NCBI GenBank assembly: GCA_047495785.1
Contig: JBLDXI010000015.1
Coordinates: 1,922,001-1,986,000 of the forward strand
Direction: 5' to 3'
From: Lepidodermella squamata
Taxonomy: Eukaryota > Animalia > Gastrotricha
DNA length: 64,000 nucleotides
Below the pieces are notes generated by a model. It was not told where the DNA came from, searched no databases, and saw only the letters and a program-made list of their open reading frames with translations. Below, in pieces: positions 35,201 through 48,715 of the stretch; within the stretch, counting starts at the first letter, position 1; each line of letters starts with the position of its first letter. Made by a program: the position numbers and the translations under genes.

Positions 35201-38200
35201 CAGGTTTCGAGTGAAAAGGAGTGGCGCGAAATCACGCAGGCGCAAAAATTAGGCCACGACGACGCCAGACGGACAATGACGCGACGCCAAATAACAGTAG
35301 TAGTAATAATTTTGGCGCCAAGTTTTATCGCCATCTGCTCGCAAATGGAAAAAATTTCCAATGGTGTCATCATCATCATAATAATTATGAGCGCTATTAC
35401 CTGAGCGGAACCTGATGATGACAAGGTATCATTATCTTATCAAAGCTGCGCGACGCAAAACCGGGGTCGAGAAAATTTTCGTAATTTTTCACCTGTGTTA
35501 CGTCGCCGGTTTTAGCGATAACTACAATAGGAAATGTACCTGCGCAACAACGACGCCGCTATTACATTATACAAAGGTTAAGGTAAAACATCGGTCACAC
35601 CACCAAGTCACTCGGCTCACTCGAACGTGTTCATTTTCTCATGGCCCTGCCAGTTAAATCGAGATAAGCAACGACCCGACATGGCGTCAGACGCCGAAAT
35701 AGCCATGTTTCTTACGACAAAACGGTATTACGGGCGATTTTTCGCGACAAAATCTTGAGAATGAAAAATCCACCTTAAAACTCACTTTTTGACTCGGCGA
35801 CGGTGAGCAGCTGAACTTTTGTTGCTGTTGCTGTTGTTGATGTAAGCCGTGAAGATCACCTATGAGCAAATGAAAACAGAGGGTCAATGACGGGTCTCAA
35901 TTTCCGAAAAGTGGGCACGCGTCCTACTACAGCAGATTACGCAACTTTTCCGTGTTTTGTTTTGCCTAAACAGCTGCAATGCCCACAGGGGGGCTATCGA
36001 CACTGAGTAACCCGATATCGCTGTTGTTAAATTTTGCGCACCCAGACTACCCAGCCCACTAAACGATGTGGTAATTAACAAACAAAATCACGATATAACT
36101 CACCCTGCTCATATCGCTTCAGCTTGACTGGCGAGCTAGTGTCGCTGTTTCGTGAAATATTTTGAAGTGGAAGCGAAGTTTGCTGCGTATAATTGCGTGC
36201 CATTGTTACGAGCTCGTGAAGGCTAACTCGCTGGCTGGGCTGATTCGGCGGCAGAACGCGGTCTAATTGACACACCAGTGACGGCGGGAGACCGCCTAAT
36301 TCATGCGAAACTCGGACAAAATCGGCCCTATTTAGACAAAAAAAATCGATAGAATAATTCAAGTCTTTGATTGATTTCGGTCAATTAATATCGCGACTTT
36401 GATTCAATTGTTTATAACGACTGGAAAATTGACGCCAAACACAAACATCGACTTCCGTCTTTATCTCATTGCGAGGTCATCGCTGATCAAATAAACGCCG
36501 ATTAGCCCTGGCGCGACGCTGTCTGGGTCAAGCGTTAATATTATTTATTGTTATTATAATGGCTGCGGCGTATTTTGAGGCGGCTATTTTTTATTTTTCA
36601 ATTTTTCGCGAGCGGAAAATATTGATGTTATTATTACACCCCGCGCCGTTTTGATAGCGTTTTCGCCGCTCGACAGGTAAAGCGCGTTTAGTGTGTGTAA
36701 TCAATCTTCGGAAATATTATGATATTAACCACTGATTGAAAGCGCGCGGGTAATAATCACCTGGCGCGGCGCCCGTTTGGGATGCGTTATAGGTAGGTGT
36801 CGGTGAGAGGTCATGCCGAACGGAAAAATCGGAAGCAGATGCAATAACGATCACCATCAAAGGCAAAAGAGGGGGTGGAGAGCAATCGATGGCATAAGAT
36901 TGCAGCAATAACAACAACAAATAGCGCTAATAATGGCCTCAATCGACTAACAGCAGAGTCAGCCGCCTTAAAACAAAACATATTTGTTCAGGCGCTGCGA
37001 GTCTAGACGCCTGACCGCGCTAAGACAGTGGGCAGTATAGGCAGGGGGCGTCGACGAGCGATGATTTTTGCAATGGGACAGTACAGATAAGACTTTGTCA
37101 CGCCTGCTAAACGCGTTGATGGGTGGCAAAAATAGCCATCTGTGAAAGCCAGCCAGCCAGCCAGCCAGCTTAAAAATGAACATCTGTGTAGGTGAAAATC
37201 TGATAATGCGACGAGACGACGCGCACGTCGCGCGCGCAAGGTGGGCCGCAACTTACTGCTGCTGCTGCTGTCAAACGGTCTACTAGCGATAATGATAATT
37301 GTAAATATTACTACGCGAATTATTGTTATTTTTCTTCGACACAGAAGGAATTTCGCGGCGACAGGTGACACGTTGAAGTAGTTTCAAGCCGCCTTTGATC
37401 GACTCACGTCCATTAAATGTTACAAGCGCAGGCTCAGGGTAAATAAAAATGCGGTTACCAAGAACGCGTGGCTCTTGTTTTTGTGGCCATTAGCCAAAAG
37501 AAAATTGTAATTACCCATTGTTTCCACGAGATAAAAAGACGCACATTAATGCAAACTGGCCCCAGAAAACTGGCCATAAAGATATCCGCTACAAAACAAC
37601 ACTTGATATTCAAGAAAACCCCGGTGTAGGTGGTTTTTAGCTCTCAAAGAACGATAAAACCGCATTTGAAAAATCCAGCTTAAACATTTCTGGTTCCACA
37701 GGTTAAACGAAGCAGCTGCTACCTTGACGGTGATGAATCGGCGCGGGAGATAAATAATTACCACCTTCCGTTTGACAGGTTTACGCCTATTCGCGCACTA
37801 AATGAGCCTCGCCGAGGGCAAGTTGCCGACTAATAGGCGGTGCTTTGTTTCCTTAGCACATGCATCCTAGGAGGCCTTGAGGGGGCGCAAAAGCGGCCTA
37901 ATTGTAGGGCGCTAAGGTGCAAGGCGCATTACGCAACAACGCCTTGGCTTAGCGCGCAGACAGCTTCAAAATGAGCCGTCAAAGGCGCAGATGGACGGCG
38001 ATGGGTGGGTTAACATAACAATTACGTCTAAACAAAAACAATGACGAAACAAAAAACATCATCCACAAACCTAGTAACAAAGTCGTCGTTATCCGCATCG
38101 CACATCGCGAATAGTTGGATCAATTGATCGAGTTCGAAGACGGTTTCATCGTCGAAAACCGGCCGTTCAGCTGGGGGAGGCGGCGGCGGTGGCGGCGCTT

Positions 38201-38303
38201 CGCTTTTCTGCTGTTTAAACGCGTGAAATTCGAATTCCTGCTGTCCTGAATTCGACGACAATCGAGTCGCTGACGAATTTCGGGCTGGTCCCCGCGTAAA
38301 CAT
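32293..38303 (-). CDS. MCC: MCC (mutated in colorectal cancer)-like EF-hand/coiled-coil protein
   Basis: N-terminal EF-hand split by an intron (LFAMCDADNDDFVTR|ADFVRV). Further exons lie near 36328-36103, 34906-34437, 34376-34115 and 34062-32293. The C-terminal coiled coils match MCC: ETAVLVQELATLKEQRAE, ELAEALLREKRLRARIQELVDTLE, ELRKANATLSESYERARKKQEQRIKRLE. Confidence 0.85.
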
Positions 38304-40745
38304 GACCAAGCCGTCGTTGTTTAGAAATTTTCAACTTGAAACTGCGCCGTATTAATGATAATAACTGATATTAATTAGCTAGAAATGAATAATGAGATAA
38401 ATAGTAGTAAGGGGTCAAGTCACTCATGTCGTCTGCGGGCTGTCACAGGTGAACAAAAGGTATAGGCAAAATGGTTATAGTGTACCAATTTTGGCTACGC
38501 AGATAATGCGCGAGTCCGGAGCGTAAACACCGGAGTCACACTCGAGCTATGTTTAGCCGAATAGGGTGATGCAAATGAACCGGCGAGGCCCAGGTTGGCA
38601 AGTCGCTACGACCAGGGCAAACACAAACAGCGTAACAGCGTAAATCACGACTAAATAAATGATAAATTATGGTGATGATGGCGATTTCGGTAATGAACGT
38701 AAAGGTCGGGACGGGTTTTGTCGGTATCCCGCGCCCGGTTCTGTCGAGATAGAGCACACAACGGGCTTTATTAGATATGCGCTTTGATATATTACTACAA
38801 GCGCATAGGAAGAAGTGTTGTTGTTGTTGTGTGCGAGCTAATTCGCAGTGAGCGCGTGGCTCTAAGCTCCGCCTTAAAAAGCGGCGCCGACCAATCATCG
38901 CGCACGCTCACTTACTCACTCGCATCTCGCGGCGACTTATTTTTCAACAAATTTTTAATGGCTAAACAATGTGCTGTGTGTGTGTTCGTTTTAAAAAGAT
39001 GAGCGCGACCAAGTCATAAAAATATAACGAAGTTGATGGTAATAAAAACGACCCGACTGCTGTGCGCAGTAAACAAGGCAATAATGTACCTATCTATTTA
39101 TAGCTAAAAATGAAATTAACTGCTATTTGATGAACGCGCGCCAGGCCTCTTATTATTTTATTATCATCGCATGAAGTTGTTGCCGCGGAAAAAGCACACC
39201 TATCATTTATTTTGTTTATACGCCGATAGATCTAGCTAGAAATGCTTGTTTACTATAATCTCATCTTTTTCGCCGTCGAAAATCGCGTTAATTCGCACGT
39301 ATACACAAGATAATGATGGTATGTAATAATAAATGCACCGGAGTAACCAGGTCACACTGTAATAATCATTCACCGCGCTTTCGGGTTTTAAATATTCAGG
39401 TCACTGTGAGCTAAAATAGTAGGTAATAATAATAATGACCTGCCGATGAGTTTTTCGGAAATGTAAAAAGGTCAGCCTGTGCGCGGTGGCGTTGCGCAAT
39501 CGAGCGGCGCGCCAGAGACATGAAAAGGCGCCGACGCTCGAGAGACCGGACGTGACACACGGGACGCGCTCGCTCAGCCTTCTGCCGCCTGCCTCTTCTC
39601 GACGATGTGACTTTTGGCTCGCATTGAAGAGAGATAAATATGGAGCATTAAGCGATAATATTATTATTCAGGCGAGGATAATAGTCGGTAATATGCGAGC
39701 GCGATCGAATTAAATTCGCTAATGAATGGCTTTGATCTCATCATTACGACGCGAGCAAGCGTCTCGACGGCATTACGCTGTAATGCGTCGCGCTTTTCGA
39801 CCGCCTTTTAACGTTGACGTCGCACGTCAAACGGCAATCCCTTTACGGCAATGTGACTCCGAAATCATAATTGATGATCAAATTTGAATTTTCAACTTTT
39901 GAATCGCGTGAGACTGTGCGATGGTGATTATCCATTTAGCCATGTAAATTCTGAGGTTTGTTTCCCGAAGCTATAATAATGACTTATTAAGGCGGTTTAC
40001 ATTGACATTCCACGCGCATTCTTCGGAATTCCGAGAACAAACGGTTCGCATTAATGAACCGCTAATCAAGTGCAAAAGTATATCCGGTGTAAATAATAAC
40101 TGTAACGATTGAGTAAATAAAATGCTGGTAAATAGTAAAATAGGGCAAAAATTAGCGAAAAATTACGAACAGCGAAGAAATATGACTGACTAAATCGCTA
40201 GGTAGGTATATTATTGTTATCCCTGCAATCGACTGAACGAGCGGAACTCTGAGAACTCGGTCACATGATTTACTTCTTTTTTCCCATGGCCTGAAGACTA
40301 TTGGAACAAGTGTTCTTGCCCCACCTGATAAGGAAGTTAACAGTAAGAAGTAAACCCTCGAAAAACTTTCCGCCCATTATATCCAATGGTATAAAACATC
40401 GGTTTTTACATCCTCCGAGTTATGATATGAGAGAAATGTATTGAAGCAGGTAACGACGACGAGGCCTATTGTTCGTAGAAAGGGTTACATAATGTTAGCG
40501 AAAATGAAGGGCTATTATTTTATCATATAAACCTGGATTTCCTATTTTATTTTTATTCAACTAACATCTTATAAAGATCAAGGCAGAAGTCGTTTTTTAG
40601 CAGCTCAGGCTTAGGCATACTAGACCTTAACCTGAACCCTGAACGCATTACAATGTCCGAGTGGAGCTTCTAAAGGCATTTTCCACTCTGGTAGAACACT
40701 CTGGTAGTTGAATGATAGTTGAATGGCGATGCTTAGAGCAGAAAT

Positions 40746-41330
40746 CCCTAATTTCGGCCGCTTCCTAAATTCGGTCGCTGCGACCTAACTTCGGCCACCG
40801 GCCGAAATTTGGACACGAAGTGCTGTGTAGCAGTGTTTTTTTCCCGCAACTCAAGAAATTGTTATCGTTGAGCCAATCTGTTTCATGATTTTTCGAGCAC
40901 GTGATCGCAAAAAATAATTCCAAATGCGGGCGAGGGGGGTCATGTCGCTTATTGAGTGATTTGTTACCATAAACACCAGAGTTTCAGGCATCACGTCGTC
41001 AAGGAGAAGCTCCCAGGTAAAGCAAAAAAGGCGATTTCCACACTAATCTTGCCGAGACGAGTATAACGGTATCCAACGGTATCAAACCTAAGGTATTAGC
41101 GTAACTGGATGAGGTGGCCGAAATTAGGGCACCCGGTTCCCTATAATTCCGGCCAGGAGTCTAGGTGACATCAAAATTAGCCATAAATCAAGGTAAAATC
41201 GTCCGGACTTGCGGAAACCGGCATTTGATAGCCTAAGAACTGCTCTAAAAGTCTGTATTTGCCGAATATTTTCTAAAAATTCACCTGGCTGGCAAAGTAG
41301 GAAAAACCCGAAAAGTGGCCGAATTTAGGG
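40746..41330. mobile_element. Degenerate MITE-like element with reiterated CCCTAAWTTCGGCC motifs
   Basis: The motif occurs forward at 40746, 40765, 40784 and ~41139, and inverted at 40800, 41116 and 41317. The outermost copies form terminal inverted repeats. Confidence 0.6.
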
Positions 41331-41925
41331 CGGGATGTCCATCACATTCGATTCAGAGTGGCTAAAATTGCGCAGGTAGAACTTTTATGAGAACACTGTT
41401 TTGAAATACAATTAAAGGAATTTCTTTGCAGAACTATGAAAAGTATGTATCATGGTTTCATAAGAGCTTTTTGTACCAAAGCACACGTTAATTTAATTTT
41501 ATATTAATTTTTAGGACATTTTTTTCGTTTCATTAAAAAATAGTTTGGCGAGATGAAAAACGACAAAATCAAATTAAATTGCCTATCATCAACCTTGAGC
41601 CTGGAGTACAATTTTTGCGAGGATGTTATCTCAAGATTATTCTCAAGAGAACTCTAGAGAACTACTTGTGACGCGAAATAGACCATTCAGCCAGGCCGTA
41701 GTAAATAAAATCTGGGGGCATACCTATATGTCACCCATTTCAGGGACAGCATGGTTGGAAGATTCCGTAAATAAATCAATGAAAAACCGAAAAATTAACT
41801 AGTAATCATTTTTATTGATCGTAAGTGCAAAAGAACAAATTTTATCAAACAAGTGATGAAAAAATTCAGCGTATAAGTCACCGCGACACTATCTATATCA
41901 ATCTCTTCAACATCACAGGTTAAAA

Positions 41926-44900
41926 TCAGAACAAATTTGAGTCCGGAAAAAAATTGAGCAAACTGAAACCAATCACCGAATCAGAGATTTGTACAGAGAT
42001 TCAACTTGAGCTCGGACAGAATCTGAAAAAATTCAATAAAAAATGCCTTCATGGAGTAGAAATAAATGTAAAAAATTACCACTCTGACCCGAAGTTGGCG
42101 TCGAAACTCGCCGGGCAACAATTCTATCCATGATGCCGTGTTCCCTCGCGACCTTCGCCTGGAAAAGGAAATTTTAACAACAAATTGATTTTAAAAACAA
42201 AATTTTTACCAAAGCCTCATAATCTTGCTGAGCCTCCTTAAGACGAGCCGTTAACGTATCAATTATATCCCGGCCCTGCTCCTCAGTCTCATCCAATCGA
42301 CGTTTCGCCATTGCATGGGCTGAAATCAGTTTCGCATGTTCAACCCTCAATTGATGCAATTCCGACGCTAGCGATCGAATTTGGCTAGTAGACGCATCCC
42401 TTTCAGCGGCGCGGTCACTTTCTAGAACGTTCATAGCCGTAGATTTTTGCTGGGCAGCCGTCGAAACTTGATGTTGAAGATGCGCCAACTGCTTACGCAA
42501 CTCATCTATCGTTTCATTCGCCATCACCAGCTGCATCTCACAGGCCATTTTCTCGGAACTTTTCTCGCTCAAGGCGGCTTCAAGTCGTGCCGCAGACCGT
42601 TGATTTTGACCAATTTGTCTGACGCGTTTAGTCGCTAGTTCCAATCTACGCTCCATGTTCGCAATTTGAAGAGCAGATTTCGAGGCAATGTCCCGAAATT
42701 TTGCGATCAACTGAGCGACACCTTGCGATGTGATCTGGAGACATTCGCGGAGTTTAGCCTCGTTTCCACTCGATTGCGCCATCATTTTTTGATTGCAGTC
42801 GTACCGTGATTTTACTTCTTTCAGCTCGATTTCTTTCGCGGTCAGTTTAGCCTCGCAAATTTTGAGCTGCTCGTGTACGGCGACGACGTCTTGGCGCATT
42901 TTGAACATTTCCTTCCCGACGGCGAGTTCGTTCAGCTTAGTTCGAACCATTATATCGTAGACTTTTCGGCGCCACCTTAAAAATTGATAATTACCGTAAC
43001 GCGGGTTTTTTAGTTTGCAGGTGAATTGAGCTTTTCAACGCGATAAAACGTTGTTGTATAAAATATTTCTTCTCATCGGCTTTCGAATGGTATGAAGCTC
43101 AAGATTGTTTAAGCGATAGCCAATTTTTGAAAAATGATATAGGATGTGCCAAGTGTGCACTCTAAATTTAGGGTTCCAGCAATATTTTTGAGACTCCAGC
43201 ACTAGATTTCCACTATATATGGTTTTCCGAGTTTCATATCTTCACTAGAATCTCAATTTTTTGTTATCATGCCTAACCGATAGACCTTCATACTGCGCGT
43301 ATTTACGAGTTATACTTCAGCCTGTAGAGCCGATATAGATTCCATGTAGTGATTTTACCGATATCAGCCGTCTTGGAGCCCTACATCGGTAAATTTTCTA
43401 CGTAGCTTAGAGCACCATGTAGCTTAAATAAAAAATGCCAGGTTCAAGATATAGTATCAGTATCGACCAAATAGCGAAAACGCCGAAATCGTAAGGAATC
43501 TGAAAAATTTAGTGCCAGGATGCTTAAATTTAGCGATGGAACCTCATTTTAAGTGGTGCACATATTTGGACCCAATTATATATTCAAGGCGACTTCGGAT
43601 TTTGATTTAGGATCAACTACAAAATAGATGATCTGTTTAATTTTTCTTCGAAGTTTTTCTTATATAAATTCCGTAAGTCCAAAAGGGGCGAAACTAGAAA
43701 TCTACGAGGCCGTTGCAGTTGAGCGTCCAAAGTTAACAAGTCACAGTTTCTTAATTCTTAATTCTTAAAATTAAGGTAAAAATTAAACAATTCTCAAATT
43801 CAAATTAGGAACCACCTTGCCCGCCTTCGGTTCGAATTTTTGAAGCAGAAGCCGAGTTTTGATATTCAAAAATTACGTTTTGGCCCATAATTTACCTTCG
43901 TTACGGTGTAATTACGTAGAAATAAATTTTTCTTACTTTTCCAAGGTCGCTAGGCCTGGGATAACGTTAGGCTTGCTAGTCCTCAGCTGCTCTTCTTGCA
44001 CATCGATAATATGCTGCAAAGCTTCAACTTGAACTCGGAGATTGGTAATTGTCTATGAAATGAAATGTCAATGAAATTCGCGGATAGATGGAAAAATCGA
44101 GTGACAACAGTACTTACCTCACATTCAGGGACAGAAAGAGGCGATTTTGCTGGGAGCTTTACCTGCGAGAATGACGACAAATCGACCAACTCTCGACCAC
44201 CGGTAAAGTATAGCCTTAATTTCGCCGATTCTTCGCGGGCTTCTTTCAATTCAGAGATTTTCTCGCTGAAAATAACAAGATAAACAATAGCGAAATAGAG
44301 ATATTTTTCCAGAACACTTACTCAAGTGAAGCTTGAAGATTACTCAGTTTCATCTGATTGCGCTCGTTCAGAGACCGAAAACGTTCTTCGTTCGCAATGT
44401 TGGCGTTCACCTCAGCTTCCAGTTGTTTCCTGCAATGTTCCAGCTCATTTTCGAGCTTTTTAATCTAAACATAACAGAAGTCGAAGAAATTTGAAGAATA
44501 AGGATGGAAATATCTTACACTTCTCGTATGCTCCTCATTCAAAGTTTCCAGCGAGTTTTCGCATTGCTGAGCCATAGTTTCGAGGTCATTTCGACTTTGC
44601 GATAGCTGTAATGCAATCTCGTAATACATAGATTAAATAATTTCATGCGAACAAACTTGGCGCTGGAGAGATGCGATTTGGGCTTCGTAAGTTGTGACGC
44701 GCGAGTTCAGCTGTTCAATCAACGTCGCTTGATTTTTTATAGCAGACTCGAAAACTCTTGGTTCTTTTTGGGGCCTAAGCAAATTTTTAGCGGTAAATTT
44801 TCGAAAAATACATCAATGAATATCACAAGGACTCACGAGTCAACAGTGACATCACTGCGGGCATTCATTTTACGCTGCAATTGCTCGAAAACTCTGCGAT

Positions 44901-44985
44901 CAAACTCTTCAGCAGTTCTTTGCAGGATTTGATTAGAATCTTCCAACGTCATTTCGAAGGCAGATGGCGGTAACAATTGAGTCAT
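41926..44985 (-). CDS. CCHCR1: Coiled-coil alpha-helical rod protein 1
   Basis: Multi-exon in-frame reconstruction. LLPPSAF N-terminus, NLRVQVEALQHIIDVQEEQL (cf. LLQVRVQSLTHILALQEEEL) and KWRRKVYDIMVRTK (cf. RWREKVFALMVQLK). The 3' end is uncertain. Confidence 0.8.
43140..43575. mobile_element. Dispersed MITE-like repeat, copy B (inverted relative to 4791-5215), in a CCHCR1 intron
   Basis: Reverse-complement similarity to 4791-5215 along its whole length. Confidence 0.75.
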
Positions 44986-45129
44986 TTTTTTATAACCTAC
45001 GAGAAAGTTACATCGAATCGAGTGCAAAACAAAAGAATTGTGCAACTGATCAGTATATTTATTCACTCAATTGAACAACAAACAAGATTCAACAATAAAA
45101 ATTTAGAGGCATTTTTTCGCTGAATAATA

Positions 45130-45471
45130 TCATGAATTAGGACCGATTACCCCGAGAAACTTGGCACGCTCCATTTCGCGAGCTTCTTCAACGCCAAGTT
45201 TGTAGGCAAGCTTAATGAGATCACGCACTTTGTCCATCAGCTCAGCCCTGGTCAGAGATGACAATTCATGAACAGCATCGTTCAATTCACGCTCGGACAA
45301 CTCGTTCCACTTGCTCGGAGATACCGTGTTCAAGGATAGGCCGGGTATTGAGGATTTGGAAGCAATGCCGTCAACGCCAGGTAATCCATCACTCCATATA
45401 TCGGGAGACGCCCGGTCAAGCTTTTCCATGCTCATAAGACTGCTGCTAGATGCCCCAACATCCTTCGCCAT
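45130..45471 (-). CDS. LIN52: LIN-52, MuvB/DREAM core subunit (intronless)
   Basis: LMSMEKLDRASPDIWSDGLPGV (LxSxExL-like motif and RASP site) and LAYKLGVEEAREMERAKFLGV. Confidence 0.93.
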   Translation of the reverse strand: MAKDVGASSSSLMSMEKLDRASPDIWSDGLPGVDGIASKSSIPGLSLNTVSPSKWNELSERELNDAVHELSSLTRAELMDKVRDLIKLAYKLGVEEAREMERAKFLGVIGPNS

Positions 45472-46229
45472 GTTAAAAGTTTCTAATAAAAAACTATGGA
45501 AAGAAAGAGTAAAAAGAGTAACGACGTGGTGTTAAAATTGGGCATTCAACTTTAAATTGCAAATCTAGTGAAGCAAGGAAAAGTCGACGCGTGGTTCCAC
45601 GTAGTTTTATTAGTCATAAGCGAAGAAAGCACATCAACGATGTTCCTTTTTGCCATTAATTACTCCTTAACTAACTCGATCCGCGAGGACGGCTTGGAAT
45701 GCTATGCCCAGACATTGCCGAGAAAACCAAGGATTCATTTATCAGGATTGAGGATTGATCATTGATATTGGCTAGATCAACATATTAGTGCCCAGTAGAT
45801 AAGATCTTTGTTAAAGTGAAGTTATTTGCTTCAAGGACATGCAGCTCTGCTGGGAGCTTCGTCAATGACGCATGGCGTGATGCGTGATGTATGATTTTCG
45901 AACGAGCAGTCACCATTATTTCTACATTTTTACACGTCACACAATCAATTTGTAGGGAGTGATAGCAGCGAAAGACTTTCGGCTGAAATGGGTGGATGAG
46001 TAGTAGAAAAAGAGGGTGAAGGCTGAACGGGAAGATCGCAGAGAGCAGAGATAAGTAAGCGGAGGACGGAAGAGATCAGTACCGTAGGTCGTAGATAATT
46101 TTAAACTGAGCAAGTGAACGTTAGTTCTAGCAAAATCGGTCATATTGGCCGACGCTACGTGCAGCCTGCGATCAGCGATATGCGAGCTCCGGACGCCATG
46201 AGACGCGATTTGGGAGTTATTACCCGGAA

Positions 46230-46323
46230 TTCAGCAACCTGGTGAATTTCAGCCGAGTAATCTTGGTGATATCTTACAATAACCCGCTCCCGCTCGGCTC
46301 GTTATCAAAAACTGGTCGGCTAT
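46230..46323 (+). repeat. Inverted duplicate of an internal piece of the DUF288-like gene
   Basis: 46230-46288 is the exact reverse complement of 48381-48439 (59 bp), followed by about 35 bp of degenerate similarity. Confidence 0.9.
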
Positions 46324-47442
46324 CGGCTTTCCACCTGAACCAAGTGCCAAAACCGCGACTTGAGATTTCGCTAGATTTTCAAAAATTCGCGTACAAAACC
46401 AGGTTTATCAAGACAACACAATTTTGAAAAAACTATTTTATATCCATAATTTCCGAAACCAACATTACTGATTATATTCAAAACAAAATTATTCAGCCAA
46501 ATTATGCTGACCCTTGCCGCAGGTAATTTTTCCGTGCTCGACGTTCGACCCTTTGAGCCTCCAAGTTCCACCTTGAAGACTTGAATGGCATCGAGAACTT
46601 GAGAATTGAGAACTGAGAACATAAGCAGGTTCTACTCAAAAATATGCCACAGTGGCACGCACGGAAGCTCGCTTGCTCTCGGTGACTTGTTTAAGATGAT
46701 CGAAGTTTCCAAAATCCGGCACATGTTCAAACTTTTAACCAGAGTGTTCTGAGCGACTATATGAACGGGCATAGCCGAGATACCAGGTGGACGGAAGCCC
46801 TCTGGGTAATCATACACCGTCACAAAATCGCCTTCGAACGCACATGAGCTGATGTAATGTCAGCGGCGGTCGAGAGGTTAGCCTCCTGTGACGAGTGAAC
46901 GAACCGAAAGTTGTTGCCATTTCACCGATCCTTGAAATAATCCTTGAAATAATCAATTGGTTCAATTTGGAAAGAAGCATAAATCGACCTGCAAGACCGC
47001 CTAAGCCGAGTGAGTCGTTGTTAGCCTCAACAATTATCGCTCGAACGGGGCAAGGTCGTCCATTAATTTGACATTGAATTCATTGTCTCCTTTCATCTCT
47101 GTACTTATTTCCAAAACTTTGTTTCAACCTAGTTTCCATCTCAACAGAAAATCTAACCTTTTGCGCGGAACGCCATGATGTTAAAGTGATACTCATTACC
47201 TTCACCGCCAGGATTCTGCGGAAATTATGCATATGAAAAGAAAGACTGCTAACAAAGTTGATGATAGGAAAACTAATCTTGTATGGCACCTTGGCATTGA
47301 AACCTCGTCCGAGTAAATCATGGGTGCTTATTATTATATCATTTACAAGCAGCATGCAACTGACCACAAAAATAAATTTTAAGGTCGGTGCATTGAGTAA
47401 AATAGTGGCAAAGAAGGCATCAACAGCTTAGTTTTACTAAAA

Positions 47443-48715
47443 CTATGCCGAAGCATCTCGATACCAATCAAACATCTGAACAAGCCAGCAGTATAAGCAT
47501 TGCCTATCAAAAGTGTCATTATGAACACGACCCATTTTTAGGGGGTGATAAATATTATTTGTGGCATTATAGGTTGCTGTGACTGGCCAATCTCTTTTGG
47601 GTCCCCAAATTTGCCCGCGGCGGTTGATTAACCGAAGCCTGGATCTGGGAGTAATGGCGGATAGAATTGTGCCAACGGCCAACTCCATGTAAACGCCATG
47701 AGCAGCAAATATTTTGAAAAGCTCATTAGCTCTGGCTAAATCAGCTCGAGACACATAGAACATGTCCGCGTAGATGTTCCAAACTCTGAAAGGCCCTATG
47801 TATTCAAACATTAACGAACTTCAACAGACTTAATAAAGAATTCTCACCTCCAGTTCCAAAAACAAAGTCATTGAAGGTGGATTCGTTATACAGGGATATT
47901 TGAACATAGGCGTTCAAAATCGACTGACGGAAGTCACGCAAAACATCCCATTTGGCGGGATAGAGACAGTCTGCGGCATTATCTCCACTCATAGCATTGC
48001 ATTGCTTCATGCGCAAGGTATCATAGAGCTTCTCCGGAGGACCTAGCAACCAATTATCGGTTGTATTGAGATTTGAGGCTTTGTAATTCCACAGATTAGG
48101 GATCAAGTCATCAGAAATATGAAGTATGCCGTCAGTCTCTTCATTAGCAATTAGCTGTTGAACGTCTTTGAGAGATTCGCAGACTATTGGTAGGCAAGAG
48201 TAAAAAATTGCACCGGTTGGCTCTGTTGGTTCTTCTGAGACTTCTACAATTGAAACATTGACTAGGGGCAGTAATTTTCCATCTCGAAGTTCTCGCAGGT
48301 GTCGGATTCCAGTGACGCAGTAAACGATCTTTTGAAAAATCCCACTGTATAGCCGATGAGTTTTCGATATCGAGCGGAACAGCGGGTTATTGTAAGATAT
48401 CACCAAGATTACTCGGCTGAAATTCACCAGGTTGCTGAAATTATCGTGCACCACTCTAGCAGACCCTAGAATCGGTGGACAACTTTCGTTTCTGGTGAAA
48501 TGGAAGGCATCGTGATTCGAGCAATCAGCCTCTGGATCGGAAAGTTGAGCATTTTCATCTAATGTCTGTTTTCCGAGAAGGAAGCTTCGAAAAACTGGGT
48601 AATCTATTTTCCAGTCAATATAGAATTGAGAACCTACAAGTGCGGCGAGAGATATGAAGACAATGCTATAGACGAGTCTATTTATCAATCCGATACTACG
48701 GGGTTTTAAATCCAT
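47443..48715 (-). CDS. Type II membrane DUF288/STELLO-like putative glycosyltransferase
   Basis: Two exons joined across a 52-nt intron (47847-47796). N-terminal TM anchor, VILVISYN, LYSGIFQKIVYC, GILHISDDLIPNLWN, ADMFYV and VYMELAVGTI...YHPLK resemble the DUF288/STELLO C-terminal region. Confidence 0.65.

Noticed and set aside
38410-38520. Possible SL RNA gene (ag|gt, later AATTTTGG and a small hairpin)
   Set aside because: It is a single copy with no convincing three-stem-loop fold, and such motifs arise by chance in AT-rich DNA.
47796-47847. Apparent frameshift between ORFs 48727-47804 and 47811-47443
   Set aside because: A canonical 52-nt intron (G|gtgag...catag|GG) joins them in frame.
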